A stretch of 64,000 bases of DNA from Leucoraja erinacea (GCF_028641065.1 NC_073404.1:7750001-7814000); one strand, 5' to 3'. Counted from the stretch's first letter, positions 36,580 through 49,764 are shown. Numbers and translations are program-made. The notes: generated from the sequence alone by a model not told the origin.

Positions 36580-39077
36580 CTGTACAAACATCCAACATCA
36601 GGTTAGTATTGAATAGGAAGGAACTGCAGAAGCTGGTTTAAACTGAAGATTGACCACAAAAAGCTGCGGGACAGGCAGCATCGCTGGAGAGAAGGAATGG
36701 GAGACATTTAGGATTGAGACCCTTCTTCAGACTGAAAGACACGAGAAAAGGAAACGAGTGATATAGACGAAGATGTAGAGATGTAGAACAATGAATAAAA
36801 GATAGGCAAAAAAGTCACGATGATAAAGGAAACAGGCGCATTGTTAGCTGTTTGTTGGGTGAAAACAAGAAACCGGTGCGATTTGGATGGAGATGCTGCC
36901 TGTCCTGCTGAGTTACTCCAGATTTTTGTGTCTATATTAGGTTAGTATTCTTGGGGCAGAGACCAGGAAGACACCTAATGGAGATACTTAAAATTACAAA
37001 GGGACTAGACGAGAAAAACCTTTCCACGTGGAGCAAAGGGTAAAAGCCAGAGGACAGAAGGCCAGTAATTGGTGAGTGAACATTCTGAAGCTTGGTGCAG
37101 CCATCACAAAGAAACCACAGGGTAAAGCTCTGTTCATGTTATGAGCAGAATTAGGCCATTCGGCCCATCAGGTCTACCCCACCATTCAATCATGGTTGAT
37201 CTATCTTACCCTCTCAACCCTATTCTCCTGCCTTCTCCCCATGACCCCTGACACCCGTACTAATCAAGAACTAATCAACCCCTGACACCACGTATTAACC
37301 CGTGCCAATCTCTGCCTTAAAAATACCCGTTGACAGCCGATTAAGGCAATGAATTCTACAGGTTCACCCCCCTCTGGCTGAAGACATTCCTCCTCATCTC
37401 CTTTCTAAAGATACGTCCTTTTATTCGGGCTATTGGGGTCAGGACAACAACCTCTCCCTGAATGTCAGCAAGACGAAGGAGCTAGTTATCAATGATGTAC
37501 CATAGAGGGCATACTGTTGGGATGCATCGCAGCTTGGTTTGGCAACAGCTCTGCATGAGACATGGACAAGGTAGGCCTAAGGGCTTGTTGCTCTCGTACA
37601 TGCTCTATGACTGGAGGCCGGTCTTGGCAATGAGAGGAGATGGGATGCAGGAGGGGAGTTCAGTACCTGGCAGGAGGAATAGGAACCTGAGGGGTAACAT
37701 CTTCACACGAAGGATGGTGGATGTATGGAACGAGCTGCCGGAGGAGATAGTTGAGGCAGGGACGATCGCAACAGGTCTCTGGCGCTGTAAGGCAGCAGCT
37801 CTACCAGTTGCAACACTGTGCTGCCCAATTGTTACTGTACATTGTCCCTGGTGAGTGGTAAAGTCTGAGGGAGAACATGGGAAACTTAATAAAAATAATT
37901 TCAATGTACTTAGATACACGTATTCGACAGTAAAATACAATTTAAATAAATGGGTGGTGGATGGCAGCTGACTGAAGGTCCTGTTATTGTGCTACATGTG
38001 TCTATAACTTGGCATCACTCATTTATTGTGCAGTTGTAATTTTCCAATAACCTGTTGGAATTATTCAAGGGATCATTAGAGTTTAACATTCACATTGATT
38101 CTCAGGGAATCTGTGGAAGTCGCGAAAGCTATTGAAGGTGTACAATTCATCAATACATTAAAACAAGCTGCCAGATAGTATCTGTTGTTTAACATATTCA
38201 CTTTCCCTAACTTTGTACTCCGCTCCATGCGGTTTCAGAAGACAATAGCTAGTATGGGCCACTGAACATAATCAGTTATTTCCATTATACCTCCAACACA
38301 CATAGACTTGCCATTAACATATTTGTTGTCACTACTTTTTAACTCCACTGCGTACAAAGTTCAGAGGACACCAGCTGGTATTAATTATCAATATATTCAT
38401 TATCCTGGCTTTGACCCTTGCAGCACTGAGAAGCCACCAGCTGGTATCTGCTATGAAACACATTTACTTCCTTATCTGTGAACCCACCAAGCCAAGACTC
38501 AAAAAGTCACGATCCAGTGTCAAATTATTAACATATCAAGTAAGTATGCTTGCCTTTGTGTAGGAAAGAACTACAGAAGCTGGTTTAGATCAAAGATAGA
38601 CACAAAATGCTGGAGTAACATCATCTCTGGAGAGAAGGAATGGGTGACGTTTCGGGTCGAGACCATTCTTCAGACTGCTTACCTTTTGTACCTTGTTGCA
38701 TTTGGAACGGAGAAGTCGCCACTTTTGTGCAAAGTAAGAGTAAAGTACAAGTCCTGTAATTAACATATCAATCTACCTCACATCTGTACTGCCTAAGTTG
38801 TTATCTTTTTTGATGTATACATGTCCTGCTGTGCCGACTTAACTTTGGAGTTGCAATCACAGCCTTTGACTGACACTTCTCTCCTTGTGCAAGTATAACC
38901 CACTGCTGATGGTTAATCTTATAGTTCCTTGAGTCTTATGAAAGGGTCGACCGTCAAATCTAGCCTGCAATCCACATTCAATGGAGAATTTAACGTGGAT
39001 GTGGGATTAGTGGGTGGCACAGTAGTGGAGTTGCTGCCTGACAAATCCTGTCTATGGGTGCTGTCTTTATGGAGTTT

Positions 39078-40905
39078 AGAAACATAGAAATTAGGTGCAG
39101 GAGTAGGCCATTCGGCCCTTCGAGCCTGCACTGCCATTCAATATGATCATGGCTGATCATCCAACTCAGTATCCCGTACCTGCCTTCTCTCCATACCCCC
39201 TGATCCCCTTAGCCACAAGGGCCACATCTAACTCCCTCTTAAATATAGCCAATGAACTGGCCTCAACTACCCTCTGTGGCAGAGAGTTCCAGAGATTCAC
39301 CACTCTCTGTGTGAAAAAAATTCTTCTCATCTCAGTTTTAAAGGATTTCCCCCCTTATCCTTAAGCTGTGACCCCTTGTCCTGGACTTCCCTAACATCGG
39401 GAACAATCTTCCTGCATCTAGCCTGTCCAACCCCTTAAGAATTTTGTAAGTTTCTATAAGATCCCCTCTCAATCTCCTAAATTCTAGAGAGTATAAACCA
39501 AGTCTATCCAGTCTTTCTTCATAAGACAGTCCTGACATCCCAGGAATCAGTCTGGTGAACCGTCTCTGCACTCCCTCTATGGCAATAATGTCCTTCCTCA
39601 GATTTGGAGACCAAAACTGTACGCAATACTCCAGGTGTGGTCTCACCAAGACCCTGTACAACTGCAGTGGAACCTCCCTGCTCCTATACTCAAATCCTTT
39701 TGCAATGAAAGCTAACATACCATTTGCTTTCTTTACTGCCCGCTGCACCTGCATGCCTACCTTCAATGCCTGGTGTACCATGACACCCAGGTCTCGCTGC
39801 ATCTCCCCCTTTCCCAATCGGCCACCGTTTAGATAATAATCTGCTTTCCCGTTTTTGCCACCACTACGGATATCCTCACATTTATCCACATTAGACTGCA
39901 TCTGCCAAACATTTGCCCACTCCCCCAGCCTATCCAAGTCACCTTGCAGTCTCCTAGCATCCTCCTCACAGCTAACACTGCCCCCCAGCTTAGTGTCATC
40001 CGCAAACTTGGAGATATTGCCTTCAATTCCCTCATCCAGATCATTAATATATATTGTAAATAGCTGGGGTCCCAGCACTGAGCCTTGCGGAACCCCACTA
40101 GCCTGCCATTGTGAAAAGGACCCGTTTACTCCTACTCTTTGCTTCCTGTTTGCCAGCCAGTTCTCTATCCACATCAATACTGAACCCCCAATGACTTGTG
40201 CTTTAAGTTTGTATACTAATCTCTTATGTGGGACCTTGTCGAAAGCCTTCTGGAAGTCCAGATACACCACATCCACTGGTTTTCCCCTATCCACGCTACT
40301 AGTTACATCCTCGAAAAATTCTATAAGATTCGTCAGACATGATTTACCTTTCGTAAATCCATGCTGACTTTGTCCAATGATTTCACCACTTTCCAAATGT
40401 GCTGCTATCCCATCTTTAATAACTGACTCTAGCAGTTTCCCCACTACCGATGTTAGACTAACTGGTCTGTAATTCCCCATTTTCTCTCTCCCTCCCTTCT
40501 TAAAAAGTGGGGTTACGTTTGCTACCCGCCAATCTTCAGGAACTACTCCAGAATCTAAAGAGTTTTGAAAGATTATTACTAATGCATCCACTATTTCTGG
40601 AGCTACTTCCTTAAGTACTCTGGGATGCAGCCTATCTGGCCCTGGGGATTTATCGGCCTTTAATCCATTCAATTTACCCAACACCACTTCCCGGCTAACC
40701 TGGATTTCACTCAATTCCTCCAACTCCTTTGACCCGCGGTCCCCTGCTATTTCCGGCAAATTATTTATGTCTTCCTTAGTGAAGACGGAACCAAAGTAGT
40801 TATTCAATTGGTCCGCCATATCCGTGTTCCCGATGATCAACTCACCTGTTTCTGACTGCAAGGGACCTACATTTGTTTTAACTAATCTCTTTCTTTTCAC
40901 ATATC
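39078..40905 (-). mobile_element. Young 5'-truncated CR1 LINE with an open RT frame
   Basis: 524-aa ORF with NYRPVSLTS, YLDFQKAFD, GVPQGSVLGP and KFADD; TTCTATGT tail. Confidence 0.95.
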
Positions 40906-42008
40906 TTTTCACACATCGAGTATTGCGTACATATCGTTTGTACGTTCTCTGACCGCGTGGGTTTTCCCCAGTTTCCTCTACAGCCCAAATAAACGTGGGT
41001 TTGTAGGTTAATTGGCCTCTATTGTGTAGGATAGAACTAGTGTACGGGTGATTGCTGGTCGGTGTGGACTCGGTGGGTTGAAGGGCCTGTTTCCATGCTG
41101 TATCTCTAAACTACACTGATCACAAGAACTTAAGAGCCCATTCATTGGGAGCACATAGCTTGACCCATACAAGGGATCCTGTAGTGTGGTTTCCTATGCG
41201 CACTGCCGGAATGCCCTACTGCCAGACCCTACCATCAAGCACCAAGAATTTGGTTGTCTAGCAGTGACAAGTGTCTGGCAGGTTGTCCGTCAGATCTTTC
41301 CTCGACCGTCAGTACCTTACTACTTATGAAATTAATGTAGGAAGCCAGCTAAAGAAGGGTCTCGACCCAAAACTTCACTTATTCCTTCTCTCCAGACAGG
41401 ACACGTGGCCCCATATGTCTATCTTAGGAATTGGCCGTCATTGGCTGATCAGGGAAAAGAAGTAAAATATCTGGATAAATGCGAGTTAAACCTGAGTTAT
41501 TACCAGGCTGAGGCTGGGAATGCAGAGGTCCTAGGAACTGGCTGAGAACATGTTAGACACAAAGTACTGGAGCAGCTCAGCAGGACAGGCACATCTCTGG
41601 AGAGAAAGAACAGGTGATGTTTCAGGTCGAGACCCTTCTACAGACCGAGTCAGGGGAGAGGGAGACTAGAGATATGGAAGGGCAAGGTGCGAAAAACAAC
41701 AGATCAAAGCAGACAGTGATAAAAGAAATGTAGAATGGTTCATGGTCGATCGAGGGGAAGGTGGCACACAATCAGTCAAATTAATCAGGAGGACAGTGAA
41801 ACTGGTCAGCGAACTAGTGTGGTGGAGAGATAGGACTACATGAAGTTAGTGAAATCAGTGTTCATACAGCTGGGTGGGTGGATGTCAAGCACCCTCCAAG
41901 GCAAGGGTGCAGATGCTGGTTTACACATACACTGGGACAAGCAGCATCTGGGCTGGGCCGCCGCCGCCAGTGACTGAGGGGAGTGGACGACACCGACATC
42001 CCACTCAC

Positions 42009-42098
42009 CTTCATGCCCAGGACCTCCCTGTAAAACTTCATGGCGACCTCCCGGTCGCCCACCCTGAGGACAAAGTGCAGCGCCCGGCCCTGCACCAT
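42009..42098 (-). CDS. GLOD4: GLOD4 exon 1 (coding part)
   Basis: gccATGg Kozak context; MVQGRALHFVLRVGDREVAMKFYREVLGMK; gtgagt donor. The spliced CDS totals 894 nt. Confidence 0.95.
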
Positions 42099-42109
42099 GG
42101 CATCGGATC

Positions 42110-42385
42110 GTCTGCGTGACCAGACGATCCCCATGAGACCCCGCCCTCACGTCACCCCGCCCTCGCGTGACCCCGGCACCACTTCACCCCCCGTCCTCAT
42201 GTGACCCCGGCACCACTTCACCAGCTCTCCCCACCCCCCTCCCTCTTGCTCTCGATGTCGCCCCCCGGCCCCACCGTGACCCCGGCACCGCGTCATTAAT
42301 CCCTCATGTGACCCCGGCCCGTACGTCATCCCGCCCCCACGTGACCCGCGGCATCACAGCTGCTCCCCGCCGTCACGTGACCAGG
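42110..42385 (-). promoter_or_regulatory. GLOD4: GLOD4 CpG-rich promoter/5'UTR built from a ~16-nt minisatellite
   Basis: Units such as CCCCGCCCTCACGTCA, CCCCGCCCTCGCGTGA and CCCCGGCACCACTTCA; GTCACGTGAC palindrome at 42372-42381. Confidence 0.7.
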
Positions 42386-42537
42386 CCCATCTCTTGCAGT
42401 GGAGTGTGGATGGAGAAACTGCACATGTTGCTTTACACAGATGGCGGCGTTTGTGACTGCCTTGGGTGTAAACCAGTTCCTTCCGACCCCCCCCCTTCTT
42501 CAGATTGATTAGAGTAGGGGGACGAAAGCTGGAAAGG

Positions 42538-43342
42538 AGAACTTTTTTCACGCAGAGAGGTGAATCTCTGGAACTCTCTGCCACAGAGGGTAGTTGAGGC
42601 CAGTTCATTGGCTATATTTAAGAGGGAGTTAGATGTGGCCCTTGTGGCTAAGGGGATCAGAGGGTATGGAGAGAAGGCAGGTACGGGATACTGAGTTGGA
42701 TGATCAGCCATGATCATATTGAATGGCGGTGCAGGCTCGAAGGGCCGAATGGCCTACTCCTGCACCTAATTTCTATGTTTTCTATGAGAGGTGGGGGCCA
42801 GGAGAAAGTCTGACAAGTGATAGATGGTTATTCTTGCCATAGAGGGAGTACAGAGAAGGTTCACCAGACTGATTCCTGGGATGTCAGGACTTTCATATGA
42901 AGAAAGACTGGATAGAGTCGGTTTGTACTCGCTAGAATTTAGAAGATTGAGGGGGCATCTTATAGAAACTTACAAAATTCTTAAGGGGTTGGACAGGCTA
43001 GATGCAGGAAGATTGTTCCCGATGTTGGGGAAGTCTAGAACAAGGGGTCACAGTTTAAGGTAAGGGGGAAATCTTTTAGGACTGAGATGAGGAAAACATT
43101 TTTCACACAGAGAGTGGTGAATCTCTGGAATTCTCTGCCACAGAAGGTAGTTGAGGCCAGTTCATTGACTATATTTAAGAGGGAGTTAAGACGTGGCCCT
43201 TGTGACTAAGGGATTAGGGGGTCTGGAGAGAAGGCAGGTACAGGATACTGAGTTGGATGATCAGCCATGATCATATTGAATGGCGGTGCAGGCTCGAAGG
43301 GCCGAATGGCCTACTCCTGCACCTATTTTCTATGTTTCTATG
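42538..43342 (+). mobile_element. Two tandem CR1 3' fragments
   Basis: Nearly identical to the reverse complement of 39078-39590; both end in TTCTATG tails (about 42786 and 43342). Confidence 0.9.
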
Positions 43343-44743
43343 TTATTCACTAAATGCTGGAGTAACTCAGCGGGACAGGCAGCATCTCTGGGTGGAAGGA
43401 AGATTCAAGAGAGTTTATTGTCATGTGTCCCAGATAGGACAATGACATTTTGCTTTGCTTCAGCACAACAGAATATAGTAGGCATGAATACAGAACAGAT
43501 CAGTGTGTCCATATACCATTATATAAATATATACACACACGAATAAACAAAACAGATCAAGTGCAAATAAACAGATAATGGTCTATTAATGTTCAGAGGT
43601 TTGTTTCAGTTGAATTTAGTAGCTTGATGGCTGTGGGGAAGTAACTATTTCTGAACCTGGACGTTGCAGTCTTCAGGCTCCTGTACCTGTAGCGGGGAGA
43701 TGAGTGTGTGGCCAGGATGGTGTGGGTCCTTGATGCTGCTGCCAGCCTTTTTGAGTCAGCGACTGCAGGAGATCCCCTCGATGGTAGGGAGGTCAGAGCC
43801 GATGTTGGACTGGGCAGTGTTTACTACTTTTTGTAGTCTTTTCCACTCCTGGGCACTCAAGTTGCCAAACCAAGCCACAATGGATGACGCTTCGGGTCGA
43901 GGCCCTTCTTAGAAACTTCAACCCAAAAAGTGACCCATTCCTTCTCTCCAGAGATTCTGCCTGTCCCGTTGTGTCTATCTTTGGTGTAAACCAGCATCTG
44001 CAGTTCCTTCTTATACAAGTGATAGGTAAATACTGGTGGTGGAGGGAGTTTTTTGGAAAATGGGTGACAAATACCAGAGGTGAAAGGAGCCAAAGGGGCA
44101 TCAGATACAGAAAGTAGAAGAGAATAGAAATGTAAAGTAAGAGAGTGGGATACGGGTGGAAGGGGACATGGAAAGAGGGGGAATAAAAGCAAAGTGGGAC
44201 TCTGATGGGAGACGTGCATGCGGAGGGGGAAGGAACAGGGTCACTGGGGGATGGGAGAAATGGGATAGTGGGAGAAATATGTGGGGAGGCAGGAAAAAGA
44301 GAGCGGAGGATAGGGAACAGGATGAACAGAAATTTGAGAATTCAGTGTTTATATCTCTGGTCTGTTAGCTACCCAAATGGAAGAAGGTTCCAAGGTATTT
44401 TATTGCCACGCGTACCAATTAAGGTACAGTGACACTCGATTTACCATACAGTCATACTAAAAAAAAAGAAACATGACACACAACTACATAAAAGTTAACA
44501 TAAACAACCACCACAGCGGATTCCACATTCCTCACCGTGTTGGAAGGCAATAGAGTCTAATCTTCACTCTTTATTCTCCTGCTGTCGGGGCGATTGAAGC
44601 TCCCGCGTTGGGGCGATCGAAGCTCCTGCGGCCTGGAGACCCAGCAAAAGGCCGCCTCGATGTTAGGCCACAGTGCGGACGGAGATACGATGCGGGAAAA
44701 AATCGCATCTCCGTCTAGGTAAGAGATTTTAAAAAGTCACCCC

Positions 44744-44942
44744 TGTAACAATAGGATTGTTTATTTAAGTACTGTTGTACGGGGGACTGTTTTAGAGGTG
44801 ACACTGGGCTTGTGGCCCAGTTGCAGATAAGGATACAGAGGCAGATGGATGAACTGCACAAAGCCAATAAAGTTCAAGTAAGCAAAGCTGCTTTAATCGT
44901 CCATTATGTATCGTCCAGATAGAGACAGAACATAATGAAACA
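44744..44942 (+). repeat. 5' LTR
   Basis: 198/199 identical to 49170-49368; AATAAA at 44866-44871. Confidence 0.97.
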
Positions 44943-44958
44943 TGGTGGCAGCGGTGGG
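44943..44958 (+). promoter_or_regulatory. Primer-binding site, tRNA-Leu
   Basis: TGGTGGCAGCGGTGGG directly after the LTR, complementary to the tRNA-Leu 3' end CCCACCGCUGCCACCA. Confidence 0.85.
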
Positions 44959-45022
44959 CGTCGAAAATTGTCTATGAAAGAAAAAAAAAGACACTAGAAA
45001 GAAAAAAAAACATTAGCTAGCG

Positions 45023-47824
45023 ATGGAAGGACTAAGACCCCCTGGAACTTTGGTTTTGAACTCCAACAACTTGGCAAAGTCATGGAAAAGTTGGAAGGAG
45101 GAGTTCACACTGTACATAGACCTTACCATGCCAGACGCCGTAGAGACCACAAAAGTCAAGCTATTCTACTATCTCATCGGAGAAAAAGGCAGGGAACTTT
45201 GGGCAACTTTGTCGAGTGCTAGCCCTTCAGCGAGGACCACAGTTAGTTCAATGATCATACAGTTGGACGAGTACTGCAGCCCAAAGGTAAACGAGACTGT
45301 GGAAAGGTACCGATTCTTCATGAGGAACCAAGGATTGGATGAAAACGTGGACAGCTATGTAACAGACTTGAAAATACTTGCTAGTAGTTGCAACTTTGGG
45401 GACATTAGAGATTCTTTGATTAGAGACCGACTTGTGTGTGGTACAAATAGCTCAGCACTGAGGGAGAGATTACTCAGGGAAGAGAAGCTGACTCTTGAGA
45501 CATCCCTGCACATTTGTAGAGCTACAGAGCTGTCAAGGGAGAATAGCAGAACACTGCAAGGACAGACAGTGGAGGAGGTACATGCACTGAAACAGGCAGA
45601 AGAGAGACAAAAAGACAATGAGATACTGTGCAAGTTTTGTGGTAGAACACACGAGAGGAATAAGAAAAAATGCCCAGCTTTTGGGAAAAAGTGTAAGAGG
45701 TGTGGGAAGGAAAATCATTTTGCAGTTCAGTGCAGATCAAGACAAGCGAGCAGTAGGAAAACTAAGAAAGTGCATGCAGTTACAGAGCAGACTAGTGACA
45801 GTGACTCTTATGAGGATGTCAACTGTATAACTGAAGCAAATAGAGAGGATGAAACTGTAAACCAGGTTAAAAACAGCCACAGTCAGGGCCGGCAGCTCTT
45901 TGCAGGAATGAAGATAGGGGAAAAGTTAGTTGACTTCCAGATAGACTGTGGGGCCACCTGTAATATCATCCCCATCGATCTACTAAACCCAGACACACAG
46001 TTAGAGCACACTGATAAAGTGCTAGTGATGTATAACAAGACCAAGTTGACTCCTCTGGGTACATGTAAGGTCAAGGTCAGAAACCCCAGAAACAACAAGC
46101 TGTACAGACTAGAGTTTCAAGTGGTTGACCAGAGTAGCAGAATCCCTTTACTGGGCAGAAAAGCCAGCGAGGCAATGAAGTTGATAAAAGTACAGTACGA
46201 GAATATTCTGGCTATAGACAACATAGTGAAGACAGAGCCGAGCCCAGTGACAAAGGGAGAAAGTGGCAAATCCGTGACCATGGTCAAAATAAATGAAGAG
46301 TTTGAGGATGTGTTCACTGGAGATGGCTGCATGGAGGGTGAATATAGAATAGAGATAGATGACAGAGTACCGCCAGTGAAACTGCCAAAGCGCAGAGTGC
46401 CTGTAGCTATGATGACACCTCTACAAGAGGAACTCAAAGATCTAGAGAGAAGAGGGATAATCACACCAGTGGAACGCAGCACTGACTGGATCAGTAGCAT
46501 GGTCGCAGTGAGAAAACCTAATGGGAAGCTGAGGATCTGTATAGACCCAAAACCGCTGAATCGGGCACTAAAAAGAAGTCACTATCCACTCCCAACTATA
46601 GATGACATCCTGCCGGAGATGTCAAAGGCAAAAGTATTCACAGTCTGCGACGTGAAGCAAGGCTTCTGGCACGTCAAACTAGAGGAAGAGTCGAGCTACC
46701 TTACCACATTCGCCACCCCATTTGGTCGCTTCCGTTGGCTAAGGATGCCGATGGGAATAAGCCCAGCACCGGAAGTGTTCCAAAGAAAGCTCATGCATGC
46801 CCTGGAGGGCCTCCCAGGAGTCTGCGTCATAGCAGATGATGTGTTAATCACGGGGGAAGGAGCAACACAAGAGGAGGCAGGAAAGGACCACGACGAGAAA
46901 GTCAGACGCTTTCTAACCAGGTGCAGAGAGCGTAACATCAAGCTGAACGCGGACAAATTCAAGCTCAGACAAAAAGAGGTACCCTACATAGGTCATCTGC
47001 TCACGGCCAAGGGACTGAGGGTTGACCCGGAGAAAGTACGGGCAATCAGAGAGATGCCAAGGCCAACGGACGTGAAAGGGGTACAGAGATTAGTTGGGAT
47101 GGTCAACTATCTGTCGAAGTTCTATGACCACCTTTCAGATGACTCCGAGATTCTGAGACAACTCACGCGCAAGGAGAACATGTGGGAATGGACGGACATC
47201 CAAGAAGGGGCGTTTCAAAGACTGAAAGACAAAATCGCTAAAGCACCAGTTCTACAGTACTACAACAAGGAAGAGGAGTTGACACTTCAGTGTGATGCAT
47301 CTGACACGGGACTGGGGGCCGCCCTGACACAGAAAGGTAAACCGGTAGCATTTGGTAGTAGGGCACTCACACCAACTGAAAGGGGCTATGCCCAAATAGA
47401 GAAAGAATGCTTAGCCATAGTGTTTGGGATGGAAAAGTTCCATCAGTATACTTATGGTAGAGAGGTCACAGTACAAAGCGACCACAAGCCTCTAGAAAAT
47501 ATACACAGAAAGCCATTACTTAGTGCACCTAAGAGACTGCAGAGAATGCTACTCAGACTGCAGCAGTATGATATTAGTGTGACCTATGTTCCAGGCAGGG
47601 ATATGCTACTTGCAGACACGCTGAGTAGAGCATACTTACCAGAGAGCACTAAGGGAGAGAGTGAGACAGATATCGAGACTGTGAACATGGTCAGCTACCT
47701 ACCCATTTCAGCAGAGAGGCTGAGTGCCATCAGGGCTGCAACAAAAGATGACACAAAGTTACAGAGTGTGGTAAACAGAATACTGTCAGGGTGGCCCAAG
47801 AGAAAAAAAGGACCTACCAAGTGA
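45023..47824 (+). CDS. Gypsy Gag-Pol polyprotein (Gag, zinc knuckles, protease, RT, RNase H)
   Basis: 933 aa with CKFCGRTH..C and CKRCGKENHFAVQC, IDCGAT, RMPMGISPAPE, IADDVL and CDAS...EKE...SDHKPL; truncated by a frameshift in A7 at 47803-47809. Confidence 0.92.
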   Translation: MEGLRPPGTLVLNSNNLAKSWKSWKEEFTLYIDLTMPDAVETTKVKLFYYLIGEKGRELWATLSSASPSARTTVSSMIIQLDEYCSPKVNETVERYRFFMRNQGLDENVDSYVTDLKILASSCNFGDIRDSLIRDRLVCGTNSSALRERLLREEKLTLETSLHICRATELSRENSRTLQGQTVEEVHALKQAEERQKDNEILCKFCGRTHERNKKKCPAFGKKCKRCGKENHFAVQCRSRQASSRKTKKVHAVTEQTSDSDSYEDVNCITEANREDETVNQVKNSHSQGRQLFAGMKIGEKLVDFQIDCGATCNIIPIDLLNPDTQLEHTDKVLVMYNKTKLTPLGTCKVKVRNPRNNKLYRLEFQVVDQSSRIPLLGRKASEAMKLIKVQYENILAIDNIVKTEPSPVTKGESGKSVTMVKINEEFEDVFTGDGCMEGEYRIEIDDRVPPVKLPKRRVPVAMMTPLQEELKDLERRGIITPVERSTDWISSMVAVRKPNGKLRICIDPKPLNRALKRSHYPLPTIDDILPEMSKAKVFTVCDVKQGFWHVKLEEESSYLTTFATPFGRFRWLRMPMGISPAPEVFQRKLMHALEGLPGVCVIADDVLITGEGATQEEAGKDHDEKVRRFLTRCRERNIKLNADKFKLRQKEVPYIGHLLTAKGLRVDPEKVRAIREMPRPTDVKGVQRLVGMVNYLSKFYDHLSDDSEILRQLTRKENMWEWTDIQEGAFQRLKDKIAKAPVLQYYNKEEELTLQCDASDTGLGAALTQKGKPVAFGSRALTPTERGYAQIEKECLAIVFGMEKFHQYTYGREVTVQSDHKPLENIHRKPLLSAPKRLQRMLLRLQQYDISVTYVPGRDMLLADTLSRAYLPESTKGESETDIETVNMVSYLPISAERLSAIRAATKDDTKLQSVVNRILSGWPKRKKGPTK

Positions 47825-48961
47825 CATCAGGCACTACCACACGTTCCAAGATGAACTGAGTTTCCAGGACGGCATAGTGTTCCGAGGGGACAGAGCCGTG
47901 ATACCTGACGCACTCAGGGTGGACATCACTCACAGGATCCACTCCTCTCACCTGGGAGTAGAAGGATGTCTGAGGCGAGCGAGGGAGTGTGTATACTGGC
48001 TTGGAATGAACGAGGAGATCAAGACCTTCATCGCCAAATGTGACATATGTAGGTCAGTGGACCCAAGGCAACAAAGAGAGACACTACATCCACATGACAT
48101 GGCCAGCAGACCCTGGGCCAAGGTAGGAACGGACCTTTTCTCCTTTCACAATAAAGACTATCTGATAACAGTGGATCATTATTCAAACTTTTGGGAGGTC
48201 GATTATCTACCTGACACTAAGAGCAACACAGTGATCAAAAAACTCAAGGCACACTTTGCCCGACAGGGGATTCCGGAAATTGTTATCTCGGATAATGGAC
48301 CCCAGTATGCATCACAAGAGTTTCAGCACTTCAGCCAGAAGTGGGGTTTTGAACACCGTACATCGTCGCCGGGATACCCGCAGAGTAATGGGAAGGCGGA
48401 GTCAGCAGTAAAGACAGCCAAGCGCCTGATGCTGAAGGCTGCAGCAGCGAGACAGGATCCGTACTTGGCAATGCTGGATCATCGCAACACACCGAGCCAG
48501 GGCCTCAACACAAGCCCGGCACAGAGACTCCTAAGCAGGAGGACCAGGACCCTGCTTCCCACAAAGGACACTCTGCTGAAGCCAGAGGTACACACGACGA
48601 ACAGGGACTGAAATACAACAGACAGAGACAGGAAAAGTACTACAACCGCACAGCAAAAGACATGGACACTCTGAAAAGAGAGGACAGTGTGAGAGTACAG
48701 CCCTGTGATACACACAAGGGCTGGAGACCAGCGAGAGTGGTCCAACAGGTGAGCCATAGATCGTATGAGGTGGAGTTAGAGTCAGGAGGTGTTCTGAGAC
48801 GAAATCGTCACCACCTCAGACACAATCCCACCACGCTCACACCAACACAAAACACGCCCACACCAACAGTGACTGAGGCGGCCATACCGCCAGATGGCCA
48901 GCAGAGAACCAAGGCACGGTCACCAGGTCAGGTCGACAAGTTATCAGACCCCACTACCTGA
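47810..48961 (+). pseudogene. Gypsy integrase, out of frame with upstream Pol
   Basis: HSSHLG...CDIC, DLF, SDNGPQY and SNGKAESAVK motifs; second frameshift near 48591. Confidence 0.88.
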
Positions 48962-49169
48962 CAGACTATACTCAGTGATTAGAGTATGGACTATGAAAGG
49001 AAAATGTGTTGTTTATGCACTTGTGGGAAAAAACTGATGTTTTGAACTGTTGATTTATTATTGCTTATGTTGTTAGATCTGTTGTAAATGAGCAGAGCAT
49101 ATGGTACAAGTTTGTTGCACTAGAATACCTAAGGGGAAGAGACTTAACTTGAAAAAAGAAAAAGAAAGA

Positions 49170-49368
49170 TGTAACAATAGGATTGTTTATTTAAGTACTG
49201 TTGTACGGGGGACTGTTTTAGAGGTGACACTGGGCTTGTGGCCCAGTTGCAGATAAGGGTACAGAGGCAGATGGATGAACTGCACAAAGCCAATAAAGTT
49301 CAAGTAAGCAAAGCTGCTTTAATCGTCCATTATGTATCGTCCAGATAGAGACAGAACATAATGAAACA
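49170..49368 (+). repeat. 3' LTR
   Basis: Preceded by a polypurine tract; one substitution versus the 5' LTR. Confidence 0.97.
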
Positions 49369-49764
49369 ACCCCCCCATAAAACAAAGTTAAAAAACACTA
49401 AAATATAGTAGAAGTGCTGTGACCTCAGTTCAGGAGCAGCTTCTTCTCAACAACCATTGTGCTATTAAACTTGTGTAGGAAGGAACTGCAGTTGCTGGTT
49501 TACACTGAAATGCTGGATTAAAAGTGGATGTTTTTGATTCTGCTGTGGGGGGACGTTTGTGTTGAACTCTATAATGTGTTGTGTCCATTTTCTTTATTTT
49601 TTTTAACCTTTATCTATGGCATAGAAACTTATTATCTATTTTATGTAAAGCACTTTGGTGTCAATGCGAGTTGACTTAAAACGTGCTATATAAATAAAAC
49701 TTACTTACTTACTAAAATGCTGGAGTTGCTCAGTGGGACAGGCAGCATCTCTGGAGAGAAGGAA

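Larger units (their letters stand above)
44744..49368 (+). mobile_element. Full-length Ty3/Gypsy LTR retrotransposon (Mag/K02A2.6-like)
   Basis: 199-bp TG..CA LTRs, 5-bp TSD ACCCC (44739-44743 and 49369-49373), PBS, PPT at 49151-49169, domain order gag-PR-RT-RH-IN. Confidence 0.97.

Noticed and set aside
47800-47830. Programmed frameshift in Gypsy pol
   Set aside because: It lies between RNase H and integrase, not at the gag-pol boundary; a homopolymer indel is the simpler explanation.
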